Source: a virus
Length of the DNA: 64,000 nucleotides
Direction: 5' to 3' (one strand)
Virus record (IMG/VR): IMGVR_UViG_3300044609_000595
Span: 1-64,000 of that record
Every line of letters starts with the position of its first letter. Position 1 is the stretch's first letter. The notes beneath the pieces were generated by a model. That model had not been told where the DNA came from and searched no databases. It saw only the letters and a list, made by a program, of their open reading frames with translations. This document shows positions 45,815 through 55,872 of this stretch, piece by piece. A program made the position numbers and the translations under genes.

Positions 45815-46664
45815 CATGAACCAAGTTATGATTAGTAACTTGATGGCTCAAATAAAAAAAGATGAACTGAATGAAAATCTAGTTCGTCATATGGTGTTAA
45901 CAAGTTTGATATCATATGAAAAACAATACAAAAAAGAATACGGGGAAGTAGTTTTAGCATACGACAGTAAACATTACTGGAGGAAAGACTTCTTTCCCTA
46001 TTACAAATACAATAGAAAAAAAGATCGAAAGAGTTCTGGATTAGATTGGCATTCTATCTTTGATGTCTTGAATAAAATTCGTGATGAAATTAAAGAATAC
46101 TTTCCATACAAAGTGTTGGAAGTATTGGGGGCAGAAGCAGATGATGTTATCTCCGTATTGTGCAGACACAAGAAAGCAAAGGAAAAAATATTAATCCTTT
46201 CTGGAGACAAAGATTTTATTCAATTGCATAAGTATCCTGGGATAGTTCAATACAATCCTATTATGAAAAGTTATATATCATCAGATAATCCCTATACTTT
46301 TATTAAAGAACATATTATTAAGGGGGATAAATCGGATGGTATTCCAAATTTTCTTTCGGATGATGATACTTTTGTAACTGAAAAAAGACAAAAACCAATC
46401 AGTCAAAAGAAACTTAATATTTGGGTTGACCAAGATCCGTCTATGTTCTGTAAAACTAAATCAGAAATAGATAACTATCATCGCAATAGAACATTAATTG
46501 ATTTAGATTATATTCCAGAAGAGTTAGAACAAAAAATTCTAGATGAATTTGATGGTCTAAATAGCAATGTTAAACAAGTACCATTAGATTATTTTCGTAA
46601 AAATCAATTGAATGATTTAATGGAAAATTTTTATTTTCGTAGTTCGTCACCATTTAAAAAATGA
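45801..46664 (+). CDS. rnh: T4-type RNase H (5'-3' exonuclease)
   Basis: IIIDMNQ, EADDVI, SGDKDFIQL and GDKSDGIPN. Confidence 0.93.
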   Translation: MIIIDMNQVMISNLMAQIKKDELNENLVRHMVLTSLISYEKQYKKEYGEVVLAYDSKHYWRKDFFPYYKYNRKKDRKSSGLDWHSIFDVLNKIRDEIKEYFPYKVLEVLGAEADDVISVLCRHKKAKEKILILSGDKDFIQLHKYPGIVQYNPIMKSYISSDNPYTFIKEHIIKGDKSDGIPNFLSDDDTFVTEKRQKPISQKKLNIWVDQDPSMFCKTKSEIDNYHRNRTLIDLDYIPEELEQKILDEFDGLNSNVKQVPLDYFRKNQLNDLMENFYFRSSSPFKK

Positions 46665-47092
46665 AACTGTTAATTTCAGAAGTGCTCCAAAAAGTGAGCA
46701 ACGCAAAAACTAAAGCTGAAAAAATTAAAATTCTTCAGCAACATAATACGAATGCTCTTCGTGCTATTCTAATTGCAAACTATGATGAAAGTGTAGTTTC
46801 TATGCTGCCTGAAGGTGAAGTTCCTTTTACTCCAAACGATGCTCCTAAAGGTACAGAGCATACTGTATTAGAACAAGAATACCGTAAGCTATATCTTTTC
46901 TTTAAGGGTGGTTCTAGTATTAATCAAACCACTCGTGAGAATCTATTCATTCAAATGCTTGAAGGTCTGCAGGAAGAAGAAGCAGAGCTACTTGTTCTTG
47001 TGAAAGATAAAGGTCTCCAGAAAAAATATAAACTCACTAAAGCTTGTGTAGAGGAAGCTTTCCCACAAATTCAGTGGGGAGGAAGGGCTTAA
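46661..47092 (+). CDS. Conserved T4-like hypothetical protein
   Basis: LPEGEVPF and RENLFIQMLEGL. Confidence 0.8.
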   Translation: MKLLISEVLQKVSNAKTKAEKIKILQQHNTNALRAILIANYDESVVSMLPEGEVPFTPNDAPKGTEHTVLEQEYRKLYLFFKGGSSINQTTRENLFIQMLEGLQEEEAELLVLVKDKGLQKKYKLTKACVEEAFPQIQWGGRA

Positions 47093-47346
47093 TGCGGATT
47101 CTTCATCAAAATTGTGATCCTGAATTAGCAAAAGATAGAGGTTTACCTTACACTGCTTATCTTGTAGAGTATGAAATTGATGGAGCGATTGCATACGATA
47201 TAGTTATCCCAGAAAAACAATTAGAAATTTTTGATTTTTATTGGGATAGATATAGAGAAGGTCTTAAAGGTTGGAAACAATCCGAAGGCAGAGTCAATCC
47301 AAAACTTTGGGGAAATAAACCTAAGGAAGAAAAGAAGAGGCGCTAA
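47092..47346 (+). CDS. Conserved cyanophage hypothetical protein
   Basis: MRILHQNCD...GRVNPKLWG. Confidence 0.75.
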   Translation: MRILHQNCDPELAKDRGLPYTAYLVEYEIDGAIAYDIVIPEKQLEIFDFYWDRYREGLKGWKQSEGRVNPKLWGNKPKEEKKRR

Positions 47347-47594
47347 TGGAAAGTAGTACTAAGAATACATTTTGTATTCAATATTGGAAAGTATTGGAAC
47401 CAAAAGATGTAAGAGTCCTGAAAAGGATTACTAAAAATGGTAAACCAATATCCACAAAAAAATATTCTGAAGTATTCTTTTATAGTAATTTAAAAGATGC
47501 TATCCCAGATGCCAGACATTTAATGGAAAATGGGTATGATATTAAAATCAGAAAATGTTGCCTAGGCACTAACGATAATTTTTGGCTGATGTAA
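47346..47594 (+). CDS. Hypothetical protein
   Basis: 82-aa ORF, translationally coupled. Confidence 0.6.
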   Translation: MESSTKNTFCIQYWKVLEPKDVRVLKRITKNGKPISTKKYSEVFFYSNLKDAIPDARHLMENGYDIKIRKCCLGTNDNFWLM

Positions 47595-47921
47595 ATGGGA
47601 AAGCATTACTTATTAAACTTATACGGATGCTCGTTGTCTTTACTTGACAACGAGTTTTTTCTCTGTGATCTACTAGAGAACGCTGCTGAAGCATGTGGCG
47701 CTCATGTATTACAAACAATGTCACATCAATTTAAACCGCAGGGTGTAACAGCAATTTGTTTGTTATCTGAAAGTCATATTAGTATTCATACGTGGCCAGA
47801 GAAAGGGGAAGCAGCAGTCGATGTATTTACTTGCGGTGAATCAGAACCAAAGATTGCTTGTGACATTATCATTGAACAACTCAAAGCAATGGATTATACC
47901 TTAGAATATATTGATCGATAG
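47595..47921 (+). CDS. speD: S-adenosylmethionine decarboxylase proenzyme
   Basis: LSESHISIHTWPE and DVFTCG. Confidence 0.93.
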   Translation: MGKHYLLNLYGCSLSLLDNEFFLCDLLENAAEACGAHVLQTMSHQFKPQGVTAICLLSESHISIHTWPEKGEAAVDVFTCGESEPKIACDIIIEQLKAMDYTLEYIDR

Positions 47922-47927
47922 CTACAT

Positions 47928-47961
47928 GGGGGTTGACACCCCCCTTTTTTTGTGTTATGAT
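47928..47961 (+). promoter_or_regulatory. Terminator hairpin with embedded sigma70 promoter
   Basis: GGGGGT-TGAC-ACCCCC stem with T-run; TTGACA N17 TATGAT. Confidence 0.75.
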
Positions 47962-47984
47962 ATGGACAAATCTGCTGAGATTCT

Positions 47985-48287
47985 ATGGCATCTTTAAAGC
48001 GGGCTACTAAAATGCTTACTAAAGCATTAGATAACCCAGTATACACACATGATCAACACGTTGAAATTCTCAAGCGTCGTCATGAAATTAAGAAACTACG
48101 TCAAAACCTACAAAACTATGAGCGAGCAACCCGTGGATTTGGATACAACATCGACCCAACTATCTTTGAACAATCAGTCAGTGAAGTTAGTGACAGTGAC
48201 TCCGAAAGCGGAGGAAGCGATGGCGTATATTGCGAGGGTGAGCAACCCGAACAACCAGGAGAACCCGAAGATTTCGGGGCTGCTTAA
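47985..48287 (+). CDS. Hypothetical protein overlapping the thyX 5' end
   Basis: First ORF after the promoter; basic helical N-terminal half. Confidence 0.55.
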   Translation: MASLKRATKMLTKALDNPVYTHDQHVEILKRRHEIKKLRQNLQNYERATRGFGYNIDPTIFEQSVSEVSDSDSESGGSDGVYCEGEQPEQPGEPEDFGAA

Positions 48288-48810
48288 GTATTGTATTGAA
48301 CATGGTCACTGGAGTGTCTTTGAACAGGCACACATGACCCTAGAGATTAATACTACTCGTGGTCTGGCAGCTCAAATTTTGCGCCACCGTTCGTTCACAT
48401 ATCAGGAATTTTCACAACGATATGCTGACACTAATCTTCTGACTGAAGAGATTCCTTTGCCAGAACTTCGTCGTCAAGATACCAAGAATCGTCAGAACTC
48501 TATTGATGATCTTGATCCTGAACTTGTGATTGCTTTCCAGCGACGAATGAAAATGTTGTTTGCTGAAGCCCAAGAACTATATGATGATATGCTTGGTGCT
48601 GGTGTTGCTAAAGAGTGTGCTAGATTTGTACTGCCACTCGCTGTTCCCACAAGAATTTACATGACAGGATCTGTAAGGTCGTGGGTACACTACATAGAAT
48701 TACGCTCAGCAAATGGTACTCAAAAAGAGCACATGGAAATTGCTGAGATGTGTAAAGAAATTTTCTCTACACAATTCCCGACTGTCGCCCAAGCTTTGGA
48801 GTGGAACTGA
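48118..48810 (+). CDS. thyX: Flavin-dependent thymidylate synthase
   Basis: HWSVFE, RHRSFTYQEFSQRY and Q.EH motifs; start is 48118 (ATG) or 48181 (GTG). Confidence 0.95.
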   Translation: MSEQPVDLDTTSTQLSLNNQSVKLVTVTPKAEEAMAYIARVSNPNNQENPKISGLLKYCIEHGHWSVFEQAHMTLEINTTRGLAAQILRHRSFTYQEFSQRYADTNLLTEEIPLPELRRQDTKNRQNSIDDLDPELVIAFQRRMKMLFAEAQELYDDMLGAGVAKECARFVLPLAVPTRIYMTGSVRSWVHYIELRSANGTQKEHMEIAEMCKEIFSTQFPTVAQALEWN

Positions 48811-49052
48811 TGCCTACTTACCCCGTAATTCATAAAGAAACTGGAGAAACCCAGGAACTCTACCTGTCAATGAAAGAGTATGACCAATGGAAAAAAGACA
48901 ATCCCGATTGGGATAAAGACTGGTCTAAAGGTTGTGCTGGAGTAGGTGAAGTTGGAGACTGGAAAGATAAGATGAATAAAACTCACCCTGGCTGGGCTGA
49001 TATTATGAAGAACAAGGTAGCGAAAGCTCCTGGTTCCCGTGTCAACTGGTAA
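48810..49052 (+). CDS. Conserved cyanophage hypothetical protein (MPTYP...)
   Basis: Typical gene preceding phoH. Confidence 0.75.
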   Translation: MPTYPVIHKETGETQELYLSMKEYDQWKKDNPDWDKDWSKGCAGVGEVGDWKDKMNKTHPGWADIMKNKVAKAPGSRVNW

Positions 49053-49069
49053 TTTTACAATAAACAATT

Positions 49070-49822
49070 ATGCCACGAGCAAGAAAAAGAAACACCCCCG
49101 ACATTGCTGGTATGAGCACCAAGCAAATGAAAAGGAAGAAGCCAATTAGTTCTGATTATCTTCTGAATATTGAACCGCTTACAGATAATCAGCGTATTAT
49201 GTTTGAGGAGTATGGGCGAGGTCAAAACATCTTTGCCTATGGTGCTGCTGGAACTGGTAAAACATTCTTAGCTTTGTTCCTCGCTCTTCGTGATGTTCTA
49301 GATGAAAACACCCCATACGAAAAAGTATATGTGGTACGTTCTCTAGTCGCCACCAGAGAAATTGGCTTCCTTCCTGGTACACATGAAGACAAAGCATCAC
49401 TTTATCAAATTCCATATAAGAATATGGTAAAGTATATGTTTGAAATGCCGAATGATGGAGCATTTGATATGCTTTATGAAAATTTAAAAGCACAGGAAAC
49501 TGTCAGCTTTTGGTCTACTTCATTCCTTCGTGGTACTACACTTGATAAAGCTATTGTTATTGTAGATGAATGCCAAAACTTAAACTTCCACGAACTTGAT
49601 TCTATCATCACTCGTGTTGGTGAAGATACTAAGATTATGTTCTGTGGTGATGCTAGTCAGTCTGACCTTCAGCGTAGCAATGAACGTTCGGGTATCATTG
49701 ATTTCCAACGTATTCTTCAACAGATGAAAGAGTTCTCGTTAGTAGAATATGGTGTTGATGATATTGTTCGATCTGGTCTTATCAAATCATATCTAATTGC
49801 AAAAATTAATCTAGGTCTCTAA
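49070..49822 (+). CDS. phoH: PhoH-like ATPase
   Basis: GAAGTGKT, IGFLPG, DECQN and GDASQSD. Confidence 0.95.
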   Translation: MPRARKRNTPDIAGMSTKQMKRKKPISSDYLLNIEPLTDNQRIMFEEYGRGQNIFAYGAAGTGKTFLALFLALRDVLDENTPYEKVYVVRSLVATREIGFLPGTHEDKASLYQIPYKNMVKYMFEMPNDGAFDMLYENLKAQETVSFWSTSFLRGTTLDKAIVIVDECQNLNFHELDSIITRVGEDTKIMFCGDASQSDLQRSNERSGIIDFQRILQQMKEFSLVEYGVDDIVRSGLIKSYLIAKINLGL

Positions 49823-50514
49823 TGAAAATTTTTAATCATGTTGGTCTGATTGACCCAATCGAAATGAATACGGTGACTATTGATGGTAAGAGATACTATG
49901 TAACTCCCACCAACAAAAAACATAAATCAGTTACCACTGTGATTAGTAATAACCCAGCAAAGAAAAAATCTTTGATGGAATGGAGAAAGCGGGTCGGTGA
50001 AGATAAGGCAAACCGAATCTCCACACGATCCGCTACCAGAGGCACACGGTATCATAAACTTACTGAGAATTATATTAACAATGAACATGATGATACTTTA
50101 TATCAAGATGTTCCTTTGGTTTGGTTGATGTTCAATTCCTCACGTAAAATTCTTGATAACATAAATAACGTGTATCTACAAGAGGCCGCTTTATATTCTG
50201 ATTATCTAAGAATCGCTGGACGAGTTGATTGCATAGCAGAATATAATGGTAAACTTTCTATCATTGATTTCAAAACATCCGCTGAGGAAAAGAAAGAAGC
50301 ATACCTTTATGATTATTACGTTCAAGAAACAGCATACGCTTGTATGCTGCAAGAACTATATGGTCTGAAAGTTGAACAACTTGTTACAATCGTTGCTTGT
50401 GAAACTGGCGACGTTCAAGTTAGTATCGTGCCTCCTAAAAAAGAATACTTTGTTAAATTACAACAGTACATTAGGGAGTACGAAGAAACATATGAAAGAA
50501 ACATTGGAGGATAA
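49822..50514 (+). CDS. Cas4-like / PD-(D/E)XK exonuclease
   Basis: SVTTV, GTRYH, AGRVDCI, IIDFKTS and Q..AY. Confidence 0.88.
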   Translation: MKIFNHVGLIDPIEMNTVTIDGKRYYVTPTNKKHKSVTTVISNNPAKKKSLMEWRKRVGEDKANRISTRSATRGTRYHKLTENYINNEHDDTLYQDVPLVWLMFNSSRKILDNINNVYLQEAALYSDYLRIAGRVDCIAEYNGKLSIIDFKTSAEEKKEAYLYDYYVQETAYACMLQELYGLKVEQLVTIVACETGDVQVSIVPPKKEYFVKLQQYIREYEETYERNIGG

Positions 50515-50737
50515 ATTTATGACAGCTGCGAGATTTTCGCAGGATGTGGAGAAGATAGCTCACGAAAACTCAATGAATTATATTGATGCTATTGTCCACT
50601 ACTGCGAAACAAATGAAATTGAAATTGAATCAGTTCCCAAACTGATCTCTAAACCACTAAAAGAAAAACTGAAGTATGATGCTCAGAAGCTAAACTTCAT
50701 GAAGAAAACATCTAGAGCAAAACTTATGCTTGTCTAA
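50492..50737 (+). CDS. gp33: Late transcription coactivator
   Basis: YIDAIVHYCE and ISKPLKEKL. Confidence 0.88.
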   Translation: MKETLEDKFMTAARFSQDVEKIAHENSMNYIDAIVHYCETNEIEIESVPKLISKPLKEKLKYDAQKLNFMKKTSRAKLMLV

Positions 50738-50739
50738 TC

Positions 50740-51081
50740 ATGTCCGACTTTTTTAAATCAGAATTAGTGAGGGGAGACATCCAAGAAATGGCAGAACTAC
50801 AAAGGTTCTGCTTTCAATCTATGGTTGCCTTCCCTGTTCTTTCTTCAGAAAAGAAGATGGAATACTTTCAAATTATGGAAACACTTATAGAAAAACAAAA
50901 GATTTTCTATACTAGATTGTGTTTAAGTGACGACCCAGAAGCCGTTGAAATGGCTGAAAATATGAAGCAAGCTGCAGTAATGATGGGTGCCACACCAGAT
51001 GATAACATGAATGTTATGTTCGATGATCTGCTGGTGAAGGTAAGCAAAATGAAAGAGCAGCTAGAGGCTCAGGGGGGTTGA
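50740..51081 (+). CDS. DUF1825-like protein
   Basis: FFKSELVR...LIEKQKIFYTRLCLSDDPEA. Confidence 0.75.
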   Translation: MSDFFKSELVRGDIQEMAELQRFCFQSMVAFPVLSSEKKMEYFQIMETLIEKQKIFYTRLCLSDDPEAVEMAENMKQAAVMMGATPDDNMNVMFDDLLVKVSKMKEQLEAQGG

Positions 51082-51106
51082 CGCAGCCCTGAGCCCGTGT
51101 TATGAT
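51066..51106 (+). promoter_or_regulatory. Stem-loop containing the -35 box of the gp32 promoter
   Basis: GGCTCAGGG/CCCTGAGCC stem; TTGACG N17 TATGAT. Confidence 0.7.
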
Positions 51107-51161
51107 GATTAGGTGATCCAGCGTCACACAAGCCAAATCCAATTATCCAAGGAATATCCGT

Positions 51162-52043
51162 ATGTCATTTGCAGATCTTAAGCGCAAGTCTCAGAGCAGC
51201 TTTGAGTTTCTCCAGAAGGAACTTGAAAAGTCCAGCACCCAATCAGGTGCCGACGATAGGCTCTGGAAGCCCGAACTTGACGCTTCTGGTAACGGTTATG
51301 CTGTAATCCGTTTCCTGCCCGCTCCCGAAGGAGAGAGCGTACCCTGGGCAAAGATTTATAACCACGCATTTAAAGGTCCTGGTGGCTGGCTGATTGATAA
51401 TTGTCCCACCACTAATGGTGACAAGTGCCCAGTCTGTGCTGCCAATACCAAGCTTTGGAATAGTGGTATTGAATCTGATAAAGAAGTTGCTCGTCAACGT
51501 AAGCGTAAGCTTTCTTATTACAGCAACATCTATGTTGTCAACGATCCCAAGAATCCTGACAACAATGGAAAGGTAATGCTTTTCAAGTATGGCAAAAAGA
51601 TTCACGATAAGATTCTTGCTGCTATGCAACCTGAGTTCCAAGATGAAACTCCTATCAACGTGTTTGATCTCTGGGAAGGTGCTAACTTTAAGATCAAGAT
51701 CCGTACCATTGGTGGTTATTGGAACTATGATGCTTCTGAGTTTGCTTCTCCCGCAGCTCTTAGTTCTGACGATGATGAGCTGGAACTGATTTGGAAGCAA
51801 GAGCATTCTCTGGAAGCATTTACTTCTACTGATGAGTTTAAATCTTACGAGGAACTGGAAACTCGTATGTCTTCTGTACTTGGCACTGCTCCTGCAACCC
51901 GTCAGGCTCAGTATGATGAAGATGAAGAACCGACTCCTGTAGCTACAGCAACTGTGGCTCGTGATGTTGATCTTCCTTCTTTCAAGTCTGAAGATGATGA
52001 TGATGCTCTCAGTTACTTTGCCCGACTGGCAGAGGAAGACTGA
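51162..52043 (+). CDS. gp32: Single-stranded DNA-binding protein
   Basis: MSFADLK, GNGYAVIRFLP, CPVC and acidic tail. Confidence 0.96.
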   Translation: MSFADLKRKSQSSFEFLQKELEKSSTQSGADDRLWKPELDASGNGYAVIRFLPAPEGESVPWAKIYNHAFKGPGGWLIDNCPTTNGDKCPVCAANTKLWNSGIESDKEVARQRKRKLSYYSNIYVVNDPKNPDNNGKVMLFKYGKKIHDKILAAMQPEFQDETPINVFDLWEGANFKIKIRTIGGYWNYDASEFASPAALSSDDDELELIWKQEHSLEAFTSTDEFKSYEELETRMSSVLGTAPATRQAQYDEDEEPTPVATATVARDVDLPSFKSEDDDDALSYFARLAEED

Positions 52044-52050
52044 TAAAACT

Positions 52051-52077
52051 AAAGGGGGTCGTAAGACCCCCTTTTTT
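52051..52077. terminator. Bidirectional terminator
   Basis: AAAGGGGGTC-GTAA-GACCCCCTTT. Confidence 0.85.
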
Positions 52078-52726
52078 ATACTCCAGTTTTTTTCAAGTCA
52101 TTTGATATGTAATCAGATGACTTACTATACAGATTAGTTTTTTTGAAATCAGCAATGAATGGTTCTATGTACTGTGGTTTCAGTAAATAAATTTCTCTCT
52201 TCTTTTCATTTTCATTTGATTCATATTCAAATACAGTAACTGGATATGATATTTCACTACCAAGAACTTCTGCAACACCATTACCATTCCAGTATTTAAA
52301 TGTTGATTCATGGAATGTTTCATCAACAATCAGACCACTCTTTAATACAATAGTTCCTTGACTATTCTTTACTTCTGTTGTTTCATAATGATGAATCTCT
52401 CCATATGGATTTTCGTAATTTGATTCGATGTGTTTTCTTAAATCATATTCTGACAGAGGCATATCAAATAAAGGATTAATCATATTATTTGTTAATACAA
52501 TTACCCAGTCCATGAAAGGATCATTGTACATTTTTTCAGCAATGCTATCTAATCTTTCTCCATTTTTTACAGCATACTTTTTAAAGTATACAGAGTAAGA
52601 GAATACATCTGGATTAATTTGGTATCTTCTAAAGAAATTTTTTGCTCGTACAAAATCAGATTCCGAAAAAGGATAACGGATTGGTTTCGTATCGTATTCA
52701 ATATCTGGTATGTTTCTGAAGTACAT
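52076..52726 (-). CDS. gp53: Baseplate wedge subunit
   Basis: MYFRNIPDIEY, LysM-like GERLDSIA, IHHYET and NEKKREI. Confidence 0.88.
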   Translation of the reverse strand: MYFRNIPDIEYDTKPIRYPFSESDFVRAKNFFRRYQINPDVFSYSVYFKKYAVKNGERLDSIAEKMYNDPFMDWVIVLTNNMINPLFDMPLSEYDLRKHIESNYENPYGEIHHYETTEVKNSQGTIVLKSGLIVDETFHESTFKYWNGNGVAEVLGSEISYPVTVFEYESNENEKKREIYLLKPQYIEPFIADFKKTNLYSKSSDYISNDLKKTGV

Positions 52727-52727
52727 G

Positions 52728-53807
52728 TTAGTAACTATTGCCCTCTAGATTTACGTCGTTTGCAAATAGCAGTTTGGTTTCTTTAAAACTTACTGTCAAT
52801 TGTGTTGATACTGGAGATCCACCTTGGTATGTAGCATAAGCACCATCAGGTGTATAGTTAACATCAACACCAGCAATAGCACATAACTTATACATTGGTA
52901 GATACTCGTGTATTTTTCCAGCTCTCATATAAGTTACTTGACACAACTTAGGAACTGTCAATAGAGCTACGGATTCTCCGCCAAATGATTGACCACCCAA
53001 TTCAGGTAGCATTGCTTTTTTAAATGTGTTACAGATTGTTTTGATATTGATTGCTTCTCCTGCAGATTTGGGTGTCATTTTAAATGTCAATCCAAACGTC
53101 CTTAGATCAGCTCCTTGGTATAGCATTTCAGTATTGGGATTTAAAATTGTTCCTGATACAGAACCCATAAATTGATCCAAACCAATGTTGGAACCAGTCA
53201 TGCTATTGATTCCTTTCAGTGCAAGATCATAGAATTTAGATTTTGTCATCCCCTCTAATGCATCAATAGCAACTTCTGGCTCTGGTAATTTTCCACCAAG
53301 ACCTCTCATCATTCCTACTGCTGCAGTACCAAAGTCTGCTCCACCCCATCTAGCACCATACTGAGATTGAATATCCTCTGGCATGTAAAGTACAATTGAT
53401 GCAAAACCAGATGCTTTTTTTGCCTTCTCACTTGAACCAGATGCGTTATAAAAATTGTATGCATTAGATGCACTAAATTCATCGAGACCTCCCTGACCTT
53501 TACCTTTGCCGAAGGGAGGATTATAATCAAAGAACTCAAACACTACATAATCAGTTTCTGATGCAGTTATATTACTAGGGTATCTTAAACTGCCAGTAGA
53601 AGTATTGTTTATTGATGGTTTTAATCTAATGGTGCCATCTGTTTTTGAATCAGCAGCAAATTCTGATAATGATGTAGTAGATTCTGCGTTTGCTCTGGCT
53701 GCAGCTTCAGTTACAGGAATAATAGGTCTGCCCTCAGTATCTCGTACTCCAGTTGTACCTGGGGTTGTTGTTGGTAAACCAAATTCTCCTGGTGTGTAAT
53801 CTGACAT
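52728..53807 (-). CDS. gp48: Baseplate tail-tube cap
   Basis: LRYP, LYMP and NPNTEMLYQG..LRTF. Confidence 0.8.
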   Translation of the reverse strand: MSDYTPGEFGLPTTTPGTTGVRDTEGRPIIPVTEAAARANAESTTSLSEFAADSKTDGTIRLKPSINNTSTGSLRYPSNITASETDYVVFEFFDYNPPFGKGKGQGGLDEFSASNAYNFYNASGSSEKAKKASGFASIVLYMPEDIQSQYGARWGGADFGTAAVGMMRGLGGKLPEPEVAIDALEGMTKSKFYDLALKGINSMTGSNIGLDQFMGSVSGTILNPNTEMLYQGADLRTFGLTFKMTPKSAGEAINIKTICNTFKKAMLPELGGQSFGGESVALLTVPKLCQVTYMRAGKIHEYLPMYKLCAIAGVDVNYTPDGAYATYQGGSPVSTQLTVSFKETKLLFANDVNLEGNSY

Positions 53808-54670
53808 TACTTGATTCTCTCTATATCTTTCCTGTTGGTTCCTTTAACGATTCTTGTGCCTTTGATACGATCATTCCAGTATTGATTTGTTTCTTCCCAA
53901 ACATATTCTTTTGGGTATTCAATTTTACCACCGCCTTTCATCAACACAAAATCTTCTACAGGAAGAGCAGAAGCAGTCACCCATTCTTGTTTTGCTAAAT
54001 CTAAGAACAAACTTTTACATCTTTTATAAAGATATTTATGAATGATTACCTTAGGAATGTCAATCATTCCCTTTTCTAGTTTATCAATAACTATTAATCT
54101 TTTCTTTGGTGCTAGATAATGTAAATTGGCACCCCAAAATTCTCCTCCAGATACTTTCATCACATATAATAAAGGATACTTATCATAGTATGGAAGGTCT
54201 GGTGTCTCTGCTTTGTATTCAAAAAAGCATAGGTGTCCAGGAAATATTACACGACGATTTACATTTTGATCTTGATTAACTAACGCTCCAATCGAATCAA
54301 ATTTCTCTTGCTCATTCATGCGAGAGGGTTCTGTTTTGATTGAAGCACTTAAAGACTTTAGAGTTGTTTTATACCACGTTAAGCTTTTACTTTCTCCCTC
54401 AGTTTTATCTTTAATCTTTTCGAATATTGTTTGACTTGTTTGTTGTTTGCCTGCTTGGATAAACCCCTCGGTTTTACTAACAGCATCGGCTAACTCATTC
54501 ATATCTTTGTATGAAGAGTAACGTTTTATGCCATACTTAGAAGCAAGAGCACGTATTTGATCACGAGTGTAATTACTTAAGGATGGTAACTCATGACCGC
54601 TCAAATAAGACCATCTATCAATAGCATCTTTAGCATATGATTTTGGTTTTAAATTATTCTTAGCTGCCAT
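53807..54670 (-). CDS. gp2: DNA end-protector-like protein
   Basis: LPYYDKYPL and GANLHYL. Confidence 0.8.
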   Translation of the reverse strand: MAAKNNLKPKSYAKDAIDRWSYLSGHELPSLSNYTRDQIRALASKYGIKRYSSYKDMNELADAVSKTEGFIQAGKQQTSQTIFEKIKDKTEGESKSLTWYKTTLKSLSASIKTEPSRMNEQEKFDSIGALVNQDQNVNRRVIFPGHLCFFEYKAETPDLPYYDKYPLLYVMKVSGGEFWGANLHYLAPKKRLIVIDKLEKGMIDIPKVIIHKYLYKRCKSLFLDLAKQEWVTASALPVEDFVLMKGGGKIEYPKEYVWEETNQYWNDRIKGTRIVKGTNRKDIERIK

Positions 54671-54671
54671 G

Positions 54672-55109
54672 TTATACTCCTAGATGATCTTCTGTGAGGA
54701 TTAAAAACTTCATCTGCCTATCTTCACAGAAGTCTTCTGCTGCTGCCCACTTGGCACGATTCTTCATGTAGGTTAGGACTTCTCTTTTCCAAGCAGCAGT
54801 TTTTCTTTTTGGTTTTTCAACTGGACCAGCAACTTGTTTCTTTGGTTTAACTTCTATCAAATACTTATTAATATTTCCTTCTTTACTTTTAACTTTGATG
54901 TAGAAGTCTGGAAAGTATCTATGAACTCTACCATCAGTAGGACAACGATAGGGAATAATTACTTCTTCACTTCCCCACTCTACAATACTATCGTTGCCAT
55001 CACAAAACACCATAAATTTCCGCTCCCACATAGAACGGTAGATAATTCTCGTAGGGTTTCCTCTATATTTTTTTGGGTTCTTTGGTTTGTAAATACCAGA
55101 ATACGCCAT
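54672..55109 (-). CDS. gp4: Head completion nuclease
   Basis: YRSMWE, WGSEE, RYFPDF and IEVKP. Confidence 0.92.
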   Translation of the reverse strand: MAYSGIYKPKNPKKYRGNPTRIIYRSMWERKFMVFCDGNDSIVEWGSEEVIIPYRCPTDGRVHRYFPDFYIKVKSKEGNINKYLIEVKPKKQVAGPVEKPKRKTAAWKREVLTYMKNRAKWAAAEDFCEDRQMKFLILTEDHLGV

Positions 55110-55139
55110 AAATACATATACCCTCCATGTATATTTAGA

Positions 55140-55844
55140 GTGGCAAAGAACGATTCAATAGCTCAATTTATCAGCGTCATATCTCGTGGCGGTGGTATGT
55201 CCATGACAAATGGTTATGACGTTGAGTTTGAACTGCCTTCTGAATTAGCACAAACAATTAGCAGCACGGTTAAAATTAATCCAAACACAAAAAATACTAC
55301 TGAGCTTGGGTATTTAATTAGTTTACTGTGCGACGAAGCACAGCTTCCAAATATTCAAGCAGCAACTGCACAAATAACTGGAGTGCATATGGGAGAAGGC
55401 CAAGTTAGTTATCCCCACACAAAACTATACAGTGACTTTAGTTTGAGCTGGATGTGCGATGCTAACATGACTCCATTAAAGTTTATTACCACTTGGCATA
55501 ATTTCATTTTCAATGGATTATCTACAGAGGAAATAAAAACTTTATCAAAAAATAAATTGAGCACTGTCAAAACTGTTAACCCAAATTTAATTAATAGAGC
55601 AGTTCGTTTACAATATCCAGAAAAATATTTGGCTACAGTTAGAGTAACCAAAACTGAAAAGGGAGCTAATGCTCCAAATAGTAGAGCACCAATTTCATAT
55701 ATCATGGAAGAATGTTATCCATATGCTATTGATGCAGTTCCTTTATCGTATGGCACTTCACAGATAACTAAAGTGACTGCTAATTTTTATTATAGAAAGC
55801 ATACTGTGGCTTATAATGATATCACCAATGGATATAAGGGATAA
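55140..55844 (+). CDS. Tail-tube-like baseplate protein (gp19/gp54 family)
   Basis: GTG start after CATAAATA; LCDEAQLP and ECYPYAIDAVPLSY. Confidence 0.7.
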   Translation: MAKNDSIAQFISVISRGGGMSMTNGYDVEFELPSELAQTISSTVKINPNTKNTTELGYLISLLCDEAQLPNIQAATAQITGVHMGEGQVSYPHTKLYSDFSLSWMCDANMTPLKFITTWHNFIFNGLSTEEIKTLSKNKLSTVKTVNPNLINRAVRLQYPEKYLATVRVTKTEKGANAPNSRAPISYIMEECYPYAIDAVPLSYGTSQITKVTANFYYRKHTVAYNDITNGYKG

Positions 55845-55872
55845 ATAATTACACGAATTGATTTAAAGATAC

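Noticed and set aside
49822-50514. Cas4-like nuclease as a sign of a CRISPR system
   Set aside because: A standard exonuclease beside phoH in T4-like cyanophages. No array or other cas genes are present.
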